Source: Bugula neritina
Lineage: Eukaryota > Animalia > Bryozoa
Assembly (NCBI GenBank): GCA_964035545.1
Contig: CAXIUT010000057.1
Location: 263,454 to 283,474, forward strand
Reading direction: 5' to 3'
DNA: 20,021 nt
Below the pieces are notes generated by a model. The model worked only from the letters and a program-made list of their open reading frames with translations. It was not told the DNA's origin and did not search any database. The position numbers and the translations under genes were made by a program. This document shows positions 1 through 9,906 of this stretch, piece after piece; the first letter of the stretch is position 1; each line of letters starts with the position of its first letter.

Positions 1-2544
1 TAGTAAACTCTAAGGAAGTTGCCTCAACTATAAAAGTAACTGAATGATTTGAAATTAATACTGGATTAGGAAAGATAGGACAAAAAGAAGCGAGTGTAGT
101 AATTTCAGATAGTTAGAGATAAATTGTATAATTGCTAGATGCATTTATAGGCGGCATAGAAATAAATTAATCATAGGACTAACTACTTTTAGCAGTAGTC
201 GCAGCAAATGAATAATAATATAGAGGAATTGAAAAGAAAATTAAATAATAGCTAGAAGATGTGTAACTAGTTGGGAAGAATGATGGGGTAGGAGAGAAAG
301 AAGTTGGCTGATAGCTAAAAAAATATTATCTAGTTGGAGAAGTTGCTGGGAGAAGAGAGACTGAAAATAGGAGAACAGGTTGTGTCTCTATAGAAGAGTG
401 GAAATTAACAATTGAGAAATAAAAATTAAACTATTGGTAAATTGGTTAAAGATATCTAAGATATAAGAGTCAAACTTAGAGATAGTATGCTTGAGGTCAG
501 TAATTTAAAGAAAGAAAATGCCTAGTTTAAAAACAGTTTGACTAAAAAGAAATAAGAAGTGGATAGTTATAGTAGTCAGTTGAACATGAAGAGCCAAGAG
601 TATGAGAGTAGGGCTAAATCAAATAACTAGTAGAAATCTAATTTGATAAAAATAATTCGACGTTTATAAGATGATAAAAAGAATTTATAGCAGTTCAATA
701 TGGCAGCAAAGGGTGATATTTCTGAAAAACAAAAGTACAACTCAGACTTATTGAACAAGAATATGAATTTATCAAAAGAAGTAGCATAGATATCCAAAGA
801 GTTGACTGAAACAAAGTAATAATTATAAAACACTTTCCAACTAAACTAATCTTATTTAAAAAGAATTGACAACTTGTCTAGTAATCTGGATCACATGTAA
901 ACTTAAAGAAAACAGCTGCTAAATAAAAATTATCAATTATAGCAAGAATATAACAAGTTAAATAATGAATATCTTAATAGTAAATCAGTATTATAGGGAA
1001 GAATTAGACATAATTAGGAGATAATTGCTTTATTGAATAAAAATGTAAGCGATTTGAAGGATTAGATCAAGAAGTTGAGAGAAGGACAGAGTACTAGTTC
1101 TAATTAATATTAATAGAAAATATAAAAATATAAATAAGAGATAGATAAACTTAAATTATAATTACATGCTACCCATGATCATTTGAATAGTTTAGCTGCA
1201 GACCATCAAACTTTCAAAAGACAAAAATAAATATAAATCTAAGGATTGACTAAAACTATTGATGATTTGATGGCTAGTCAGATTCTTTTGAAAGAAAAGG
1301 GAGAAAACTTAACTAAAGATTATTTTTAGTATAGAAAGGAGAAAGAAAGTCAGTTGATTATATTGAACGGAAAGGTTAAAGATATGGATAAAGATTAAAA
1401 TTCATTAAGAGAAAGTTTTGATAAAATAAGACAGGAATATGGACACTATCAGAAACGAAAGGAGAGTGAAGTTGATGATTTGAATGACCGTTTAAGGGAC
1501 TTACAAAAAGAACATACAGCTATCAAAGATACTCATGATAGTGTTACTCGATAGTACTATACTTTCCAGAAAAAGAAAGAGACTGATATATAGAGTTTGA
1601 ATGAGAGGTTGAAGGAGTTCATAAAAAAGGTCTAAAAGAAAGACAAAAAGATCTAGGAGTTGCAAGAGTAGATCAGACAAATATAGAAGGTTAGCGAAAC
1701 ACGTAATAAGAATATGAGTTCTAGTCAGAAAGAAGAGATGTAGCGATTACGGAACAACTATATGAAAGAAATGTCAGAAGTAAAGGGCGAATTATACTAA
1801 GCTAACCACTAGAATGAATTGCTTAATGCTGATAAAGAAGAATTGGCTGTAAAGATGAATTAATTATAATTGCAAATCAAGAATTTAAAGGAAGATTTAC
1901 GTGCTAAGGAGAAGAGCAATGCTTAGACAGTTAGAAATGCAGATCGGGAGAGGGAAAAGTTACTGGGTGAGATAAAAAGTTTAAATTTGTCGTCTTTGAT
2001 GGAGAATCAATCTAAAGGAAGCAAAGATCAATAAATACAATCTCTTAGAAAGAGTATTAGTAGTTTATAGGGGTATATCAATGAACAGAAGAAAAATTCT
2101 TAAAATTTGTCGAAGTTATTGGCCAGCAAACAAGATTAGATATAAGCCCTTTAAAGTAGCAATGCTATGTTGAGGAAGCAGTTGATAACTAGTATGAGTC
2201 AGGAGTAGAGTTCTCGAAGGGAGGCCTTTAACATAAGAAGCAAAGCTGGATCTGTCGTTATTAATCAGAGAAGAAATAATTTATCAGGTCATTACAACAA
2301 GAGTTATATTCCATCGAATATGCCTCCTCATTTGAGTCTATCTCAGGGCAATTATTTGAAATAGTCCCTTTAACTGGAGGAAGTCGGAAAGAAATCAGCG
2401 AGGTCGAAGAGATCAAGAGATAAAAAGAATTTTAGGACAGAAGGCAGATAGAGCATTATCGATTAGATATCTGATTTACAAAAAGAAGAGGAAGTGAAGG
2501 TCGCTGAGAAGGAGGCGACTTCTCAACTTGTCATAGACCTTTGA
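1..2544 (+). CDS. Long coiled-coil protein, 5' truncated by the window (>=847 aa), with a ~39-aa internal repeat
   Basis: With TAR=Glu, frame 1 appears open from base 1 to TGA 2542-2544 (ends and much of the middle checked). K/E/L-rich heptad-like sequence. Four repeat units start at 1201, 1318, 1435 and 1552 (117-nt period). Confidence 0.85.
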
Positions 2545-2600
2545 TTATTTTCTGATAAATGTTTGATATCTAATGGCTGTATTAATTAAGTTATAGATAA

Positions 2601-3434
2601 ATGACTGACTTGGACCATCATACTCTTAACAAGTCAACATCGAAACAGAAGTTCTCATTTCCTAAAACTCAACGTTTCCAGTCCCAGAAGTTGAAGTATC
2701 TTGTTGATAATTTAGCCAGGACAACTACTATGATATGCCAAGTACTCGGACCAGTCGGGTGACTTCATTGGGCTATGGTAAAAAAGATATGGGAATCAGA
2801 TTGGATAAAAATATGCCATCTGTTGGGGCATACTAGTTGGGATCGCAGTTCAAGAAGAACTAGCATATTGGATTTGGATTTGGTAGTAGTCGACAGGTAT
2901 AGATAGTTTTATTGAGTAAATGGAGTTAAGTGGACCGTTCAAAGATGCAAAAACATTGAAGTATATTCCTGGACCTGGTAACTACTCAAATCAATCTCAA
3001 CTAGAACAGCGACCGATATCTCTTAGACAAAAACTACCTGACAATTCGACTAAACATCTTTTAAAGGTATTGTTAAGATAAACTAAGAATCCTGGGCCGG
3101 GTACTTATGGATGTGAGTAAATTGGTAAAAGCAATTACTATGTGAGTTCTAAATTTAGAAACGATACTAATCATAAAATAGGAGCAGGCAATAGATAGTC
3201 TTCGTTTGGAAGAAATTCTAAAATTGATGTTGGGCCTGGTAGTTATACTATCAATGTGGAAGACTTGAATCCTAAGGGAAGATATGTGCTTTCTAACCAT
3301 TAGAGTAGTAAAACTAGAGCTTTTGGAAGATCTGTCAGACGAGGACTAGTCTATGATCATATGCTGAGAACTCCTGCACCTGGACAATAGTATTTTTTGT
3401 GGTATTTAGTCAATCCTTTTCCTCTTTTGGATGA
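2601..3434 (+). CDS. SHIPPO-repeat (ODF3/STPG-like, PGPGxY) axonemal protein, ~250 aa; introns 2696-2715, 2897-2916, 3067-3087 (likely) and 3390-3409
   Basis: Spliced translation MTDLDHHTLNKSTSKQKFSFPKTQRF...IPGPGNY...NPGPGTY...VGPGSY...TPAPGQYQSFSSFG*. Repeated PGPGxY motifs. Removing the 20-nt introns keeps the frame. Confidence 0.85.
2696..2715 (+). other. 20-nt spliceosomal intron
   Basis: gtatcttgttgataatttag; removal joins the ATG frame to the downstream YYDMPSTR...GYGKK frame. Confidence 0.85.
2897..2916 (+). other. 20-nt intron with a GAG acceptor
   Basis: gtatagatagttttattgag; the unspliced frame hits TGA, and removal restores IPGPGNY. Confidence 0.8.
3067..3087 (+). other. Probable 21-nt intron (3n, no stop)
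   Basis: gtattgttaagataaactaag; AT-rich, AAG|GTA donor, A at +15. It is not forced by the frame. Confidence 0.6.
3390..3409 (+). other. 20-nt intron
   Basis: gtattttttgtggtatttag; removal gives PAPGQYQSFSSFG*. Confidence 0.8.
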
Positions 3435-3543
3435 TTTTTGCAAACATTCATAATAATTTACACTTATATTGACTATCATTATTATACTAAATAACATATT
3501 TGTAGGTGATAAGTAATAAAAAAGATCATATTAACTTTTGAAT

Positions 3544-4041
3544 TCATCTTTGAAGTTTGAGGACAGTAAATCCCATTTAGTCTTGATGGTTGGACATCCT
3601 GCTAATATGGCTAAGATTGGCATATTTTTGTTTTAGTATATAGTTGCTTTATTTTCTAATTCCCAATCTTTCCTTTAGCGATATCCCAGAAGAAGGTCCA
3701 ACTCGATTTTATTTGCCCATCAACATAAAATGTTTTATTTTTAGTTGTTTTAGTGCCCATCCTTTGCGAGGTTGATTTGATTTCTGAGGCAAAGTTCCAT
3801 ATCTGCTGTTTTATTTGTTGTTTGTGTGAGTTGATAGTGATTTTAAAGTCGGTTGTTTCCTTAAAAGAGAATGATGACTTCTTTGGCTTTGGGTTTATAT
3901 TGAAGATGTGTATTTGTGCGGATTGGCCACTGATAGGTTTCTTCTGTGATGAGAATCGATTGTGTTTTGGTCGGTTGTCTACCAAGGTGTTAGAGTTTAG
4001 AGCCATTGGTCTTGGTAGAGGTATAGTTTTCGGTTTTTCAT
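3544..4041 (-). CDS. Hypothetical basic low-complexity protein, 165 aa (MKNRKLYLYQDQWLETLTPWETTDQ...)
   Basis: ATG at 4041 in an AT-rich context; open under table 30 to TGA at 3546-3544. It fills the gap between neighbours. The supplied 3656-4006 ORF is a different frame, so the frame choice is uncertain. Confidence 0.55.
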
Positions 4042-4084
4042 TGTTTTAATATTAAAATAATAGCTTATTTATAATATACACATA

Positions 4085-4687
4085 ATGCTTAAGGGATCTT
4101 CATAGTATAATCATCAAATAAACCAGTCAACTAAAATTTTATCTCAAAAGATTGTCAAAAAATTTCTATAAATACCTAAACTACCTCAATAGTTACGAGA
4201 AGAGGTGTTAATTAAAGAATAAGACGTTGATCAACTATTTTACAGAATCACTGAAAAGGTTTCTGATAAGTTGGTTGTTCGAAAATTGGGATGGCGAGTA
4301 GTTATTTTATCTTTGTAGCAAATAGATTTGGCTCTTTATTGTTTATCTTTGCTAGGTGCAGTCAGAGAAGTTCCTTTTAAGTTTTATCCAAAAAATAATT
4401 AAAAAGAGAAGGGAAATTAATTATACAAAGATATGTGGATGTAATGGGCAATCAGATAAGATATAACTACATCGAAAGGATATGAATTTGCTGTGTTCAA
4501 GTTGACCACTGAAAAGATCATACCAACTATAAAGACATTTATTGATAAATATCTCAGCTGGAGTTATATGTCAAGTGAAGAGTACTAAGATATCAAAGTA
4601 ATAAACAAATTTGAGAGAGAAGTGATTGGACCAATCAAGAGCAGTTTGTAGGAGTTGAGAGCAATAAAAAATTATAGAGAGAAATGA
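4085..4687 (+). CDS. Hypothetical helical protein, 200 aa
   Basis: ATG 4085 to TGA 4685-4687, open under table 30 (MLKGSSEYNHQINQSTKILSQKIVKKFLEIPKLPQELREEVL...). No family recognised. Confidence 0.7.
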
Positions 4688-4705
4688 TAAAATACTCATT
4701 ATAGA

Positions 4706-6998
4706 TCATATTGATTCAAATTTATGTCCAAATATGACAGCTAGCATTCCTATCAACTTGGTTGAAGCATTTACTGAAAATCCAGCATTTTTATTAATAA
4801 ATGCACCTAGAGATTTACCTATTTGTGATGCTTTGTGGGTATTAGAGCCAATTCCCTGAACAGCTCCTTCACTATTAGTCACTCCACCATTTTCAATATG
4901 TTTGTTCGCAGATGACCAGGCTTCAGCACTTGTAATAGAAGAAGAAGCAAATTGGTGGCCACTGATAGTTATTCCCAGAAGAAGTCCTCCGATTATTTTA
5001 GGACTTATTGAGAAACCAAGAATCAATGGAATTGATATTACTAGGAGTGATGGGATGATCAGGTGTTTGATAGTTGTCAAACAGGCTGGTTGTACACTTT
5101 ATGAGTAGTCTAGTTATGATTATTATCTTGATATTGATGCGTCTTCGTGAAGTTGTGCTTTGATTTGCTGAGATAAGGAATCGACTGACTTTCTTGCTCC
5201 TCTAGAAGTGAGACCTGAAACTAGGAACGGAAAACTGCCTCCGATAAGTAATCCAAGGAAAATAAGGGGATCAGTGAGCGATATCATAGTTTGAGGATCA
5301 TTTATTTTAGCATTAGAGAGGAATGCTCCAAAAAGAATCAAAGCATTTAAAGTAGAAGTACCCATGCTAAGACCTCGACTTACTACGAGAGTAGATTATC
5401 CTCCTTATATAAGTATTTAGGTGGTTTATATTTAATTTTATGAAAGGGAGGCTATCCGTGATGATATATGGGCATTGGAAGATAATGGAGATAAAGTTTG
5501 TAGTGAAAGTTGTAAAGGAAAGGTCGAGATGAATCCTAGGAGAGCTAAAGCAACACCATAGAATCCAAGGAACTAGAATCCATAGAAGATGACTAGAGAA
5601 ATGATGATTGTTGGGGCAATAGAGCTGAAATATCCAAAGGCAAGTCCGAGAGTGACAGATGCAGCTGCTCCTTTTTGGCATTTATCTGCTAGTTTACGAA
5701 CAAAGGGCATTTTTTAGGATGTAACTATTTCTGAATAGAATGATAGAGTTAAATACACAGCAACTCCAACCAAAGTTGAAAGATATGCTTACCAAGGTGC
5801 ATGAATTACATTGATCGTGTTACTAACACTCAACAACTTAAAAGAGTCTGGCAGACAAAGATCAATACTGAGATAAAGAAGTCCTGCCATCAGGAGTGAT
5901 GATATAAGTCTTTGCATGCGGATAGTCTTGATGATTTGTTGGACTGATTCTACCCAAATGATAACTACGCCAATTGCACTTGTAATTATAGATGCTAGTA
6001 GGCCAAAAGAAATGATAAGGAGAGGTAAAACCATGGGAGCAAGATTGATTTAGCATTATGATTAATTATCTCTCCAGCCGAGTATTGAGGTACTCGTGAG
6101 TAGGAAAGTTGCACAGGTGAGTTATGAGTAAGAGCCAAGAAGATCACTACTCGCAGCTATTCCTGATTAGCTAATAATGCCTGAGTGTTTAGCGACTGTT
6201 GCTGCATTTCTTGAGTGAGTGACAGGCAGAGCATTTTATGCTTTTACGATTAATTCTGAACCATGTTCTGTTGCTGATTGGAAGATACCTCCTCCGAGAC
6301 GAGTAACAAAGGCAATAAGAGAGCACCCTAGTCCATATCCAGATATTGCTTAAAAGAGTTATTTAAAGTAGTTGTGGTTGTTACTAGAGTTATTAAGTCC
6401 CAAAGATTCTTTGTAAACTTCAATTATCACTGTCAAAGCTAATTATTAAAAGTTTTACCTAGAAGGTTAAGAGAGGCGATTCCGAATCCTAGTACACAGG
6501 CGGCTTGATATGCGGTTCTGAAGCATGGACCAGTTCCAAATTTAGATGAGTATGATATTTTAGAAGAAGATCGAGTGATTAAAAGCAATGCTGATATTCC
6601 TGTGATAATAGATACAACAGCTCCGATCAGAAAGGAGATGGCTGCTGATAGTGCTAGATCTGTGAATAGGAGTATGAGAATGAAGAGGATGGCGATGAGA
6701 GGTAGTGAAAAAAGATACTATAATTTGAGAAATTGAAGCGCGGCCTATTTGATAAAAGGTGTACATCATAGGTTTTATATCCGAATTAAAGGAGTAACTT
6801 TTTTTGGGATTAAGGCATATCTTCAATCAATCCTTCTTATCCTTCTGTCATAGTTTATTATTAGAGGTCGATGCGTCTCAACATGAGAAGGTTGTAGGCG
6901 GTCCAAAGTACACCGAGAACTGATGCTGTGATGGCTATGATGATGGTGGTGTCGTAGGAGAGAGTGGGCAAACAGAGATCTGTTTCTTTAAGATTCAT
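4706..6998 (-). CDS. Membrane-integral (V-type) H+-pyrophosphatase homolog, 750 aa, with a degenerate catalytic site; introns 6745-6764 and 6439-6458
   Basis: Colinear with plant AVP1-type mPPases: FLKLEY, LFEAISGYGLG, TRLGGGIF, SDLLGSYSE, GAAASVTLGLAFGY, FYGVALALLGFIST, LILFGAF, GLLIGGSFPFLVSGLT, AWSSANKHIE, HKASQIG. The frame is intact once two 20-nt GT-AG introns are removed (2253 nt, 751 codons). Confidence 0.92.
6439..6458 (-). other. 20-nt intron
   Basis: gtaaaacttttaataattag on the minus strand; needed to keep the mPPase frame. Confidence 0.88.
6745..6764 (-). other. 20-nt intron
   Basis: gtacaccttttatcaaatag on the minus strand; needed to keep the mPPase frame. Confidence 0.88.
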
Positions 6999-7184
6999 AA
7001 TATAAATGTAGATAATTGACTGTTTTAATGTTGTATGAAAACGGACAGAGTGTAAAATGATAAGTTATTTTGTAAATGAAAAAAAGACGGCAATTCTTGT
7101 GACAATTTATGTAGTATATAAATAGTCAACCAAAAAATAGACTTATAGACTTAAGAGTGAAGTCATATTATTATTATACCAACT

Positions 7185-7907
7185 ATGAAAAAAAAGAAAA
7201 TAGTTCCTTAAAGTGATCAGTATGACTTCCAATTGAAACCTATAATGATGAGAGCTTACTTTAATTACACTACTTTGATGAGTTTCAAACCTGTGAAAGT
7301 TCAATCAAAATCGAAAGAAAACAAAAAAGGATAAAAAAAAGAAGTATTCTCAGAAGTATCAGTTATTCCTAAATTTACTGGAGATCGTAAACACTATACA
7401 TCTACTTTTGCCAATGCCTATTTTTAAAAAGAAAACGATTCTTATTTGTTGACTTCTCATGAGAGTAAAGTTAAAGAAAGTCTTGAAGAGATACCATGTG
7501 AGTAGATATTGGTGCCCAGACCTCGAAAGAGTGGAAGCAATTATTGTTTTGTCTGTCGCATTCGATATGAAGACTATTTGTAGCATATTGAAAGTTCTCT
7601 TCATAAGAGAAAGATTAAATAGGCAAAATTTTCAAAAGAAGTAGGAGAGTTGATTTCGAGAGTGGGAAGAAGCAGCCAGAAAGAAGATGAAGGGATGATA
7701 ACTCGATCTGCAAGACGCAGGATGAATCCATTTGCTTTTCTATAATCATAGTAGTAGTAGGAAATGCCTCCTCCTCTCAAGAAGAAGATGATAGTATGCA
7801 GTGAATTATCGATGTCAATGCAGGTGAGTGAGAAGACAATGAATAAGACCTCGAGTCGTTCATTCGAATGTTCTAAGCGTCAGTCATCGACTAAACTGTA
7901 AAAATGA
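7185..7907 (+). CDS. Protein with a DBF4-type zinc finger, 240 aa
   Basis: GSNYCFVCRIRYEDYLEHIESSLHK (~7532-7605) fits the zf-DBF pattern YCxxCxxxYxxxxxHxxxxxH. An in-frame TGA at 7158 lies upstream of ATG 7185. Stop is TGA 7905-7907. Confidence 0.75.
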
Positions 7908-7950
7908 TTTTTAATAATTATTCTTTAATAATCGGTTTGAATAATAGAGG

Positions 7951-9844
7951 ATGGAGTCGGAGTTAAACTGTGCTGTTTGTGGAAACGAGTATCGAAGTGA
8001 TAATTTACCAAGGTTATTGACTGCTTGTGGTCATACTTATTGTGAAAGTTGTCTTGATACTATGATGACAGAGTAATAAGATAACAGACATCAAGTTGTT
8101 TGTCCTGAAGATGCGACTGTTACCTATCTTGATAGTTGCGATGTAACTCAGTTTCCTAAAAATATAGCTTTGCTCAAAGTTATTTAGGGAAAACTAAACA
8201 ACTTGGAAACCTTTAATGGAAACAGTAACCATTAAGCTTTCAAAGACGAGGATTTCGATATCACTAAAATACATAGAAAATAAGATTCCAGGTAAAATGA
8301 GACAGAATTCGATATACTGAATCAGATTGAGGGCAAGGATCACAGTTCCAGTAAGGAGTAGACTTGCAGTAAAGAGGAGACATCTGGAGCGATTGATGGA
8401 AAGAAGTAGGAGTACTAGATGTGTCTTCCTCATCAGAAGCCGATGTAGATTGTGTGTTTGTAGGATATGATGAAGATATGCACAAAATGTGCTATATTTG
8501 GTGAGCATAAAGGTCATGATTTTAAGAGCATAGAGCAGATATAGTAGGAATGGGACATATTCAGATAGGATATAATGAATATCTATGCTCGAAAGGAGGT
8601 ATTTTGATTACTAGCTTTAGACTCTTTAAAAAAGAATTTATAACTAGGAAAATGCTAATAACATTTGGGGCATATTCTAGCAAAGCAAACGCAAATATCA
8701 CAAAGATTTGCAAGATAAATTCAAACATTTAAGAGAGGTGGTCAAAAAAATATAGGAGACGGCTACACGAAAACTAGATTAAATGTTGAATATAGCTGAA
8801 TAGAGAATCGGAGAGGTGTTGAAGTTGGATATGACTATTGGTGGTGAGTACAAGACATGGGAGGATAAATCTTTCGGACTGATTATACAGACTGAAGAGT
8901 GCCATTTATAGTAAAAGTTGAAGAATCTTTATGATTACAATAATACGAGAATGATACCACAGGGAGAGGCAATTTTAGTTAAAATCAAAGAACTTTAATA
9001 AAATATACCAAGTCGAGTTGAAAGCATCATTAAAGGAATATCCATTGAGAGTAACTAGGAAGTTGTAATACAACTTGAAGGTTATGTGAAGGTGAGCGAG
9101 AAATAAAAATCTTTAGAGAAGTAGGTCGTAGAATCATCGAAGATAAATATGAAGTCTTTACACAGTTATGAAGAGAGTTTGCTGGAAGGCGAAATGGTTG
9201 AAAATAAAGTAGAACAGTAGCCTGAATACAAGCCTTTTGAATAGCAAATAGATTATGCTCCAGTTTCGCAAAGAATGATGAAATCGAATGATCTCCCGAT
9301 GTCAGGTCGAAAAAGTAATGTAGTTCATTATAATGCCTATGAGCTGACACCTCCTGTAAAGAATCGGGATACTTTTTTTTCTGAAGAGTCATCTGCTGAA
9401 GGAGTATTGGTTGAGAAGGTATAGAAACCGTCTAAGAAGAAGTTGAAGATGATAAAGGTGCCGTAGAAGGTGTAGAAGATGTTGGATTTGCTTTATAATG
9501 ACCAGCTGGATCTTTTGGATTTGACTAACGCTTAATTGGGTGATAGTACTATCCTTCAGATATGTTAGTTTTTACGAGGGAGTAAGGTACGTTCAGTTAA
9601 ATTTATTCGGAATAAATTGACTGATGATTCTATTTCTCGGATGATATTTGCTTTGGGAAACGTGATAACATTAAATTTATCTCAGAATATGCTAACAGAG
9701 AGGACTTTGGACCAACTGGTTGCCTACCGGAGTGGGCTGACTAGTTTGAAGAGTGTGATACTGAGTCAGAACAAGATTATATAGAGGAAGCATAAAGTTC
9801 ATATATAGAGGTTGAGGAAGTTGGACTTGACTGTTTCTGTTTGA
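7951..9844 (+). CDS. RING / B-box / coiled-coil (TRIM-like) putative E3 ligase with C-terminal leucine-rich repeats, ~623 aa; intron 8599-8620
   Basis: RING: CAVC...LLTACGHTYCESC...VCPED. B-box: CLPH...VCLED...ICTKCAIFGEHKGH. LRRs: LDLTNAELGD, VKFIRNKLTD, LNLSQNMLTE, VILSQNKI. The intron contains an in-frame TGA and must be removed. Confidence 0.88.
8599..8620 (+). other. 22-nt intron
   Basis: gtattttgattactagctttag; contains an in-frame TGA. An alternative acceptor at 8614 (16 nt) gives the same frame. Confidence 0.8.
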
Positions 9845-9906
9845 ATGTTCTCTTATAATCATTTATATTGTCATAAGAATACTAATTTTTATTGTCATAA
9901 ATATTA

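Noticed and set aside
3656-4006. Second long open frame overlapping the 3544-4041 gene (dual coding)
   Set aside because: With a single stop codon and a G-poor strand, long alternative open frames are expected by chance.
4298-4318. Possible 21-nt intron gtagttattttatctttgtag
   Set aside because: It is in frame with no stop, reads as plausible protein (VVILSLE) and lacks the +15 A. It cannot be excluded without RNA data.
4706-6998. mPPase as a stop-riddled pseudogene
   Set aside because: All internal 'stops' are TAA/TAG, several at conserved Glu positions. The frame shifts are explained by two canonical 20-nt introns, and I found no internal TGA.
9861-9901. Direct repeat TATTGTCATAA x2 in a convergent spacer
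   Set aside because: Two short copies in AT-rich DNA, not seen in other spacers. It is not a CRISPR array or a mobile element end.
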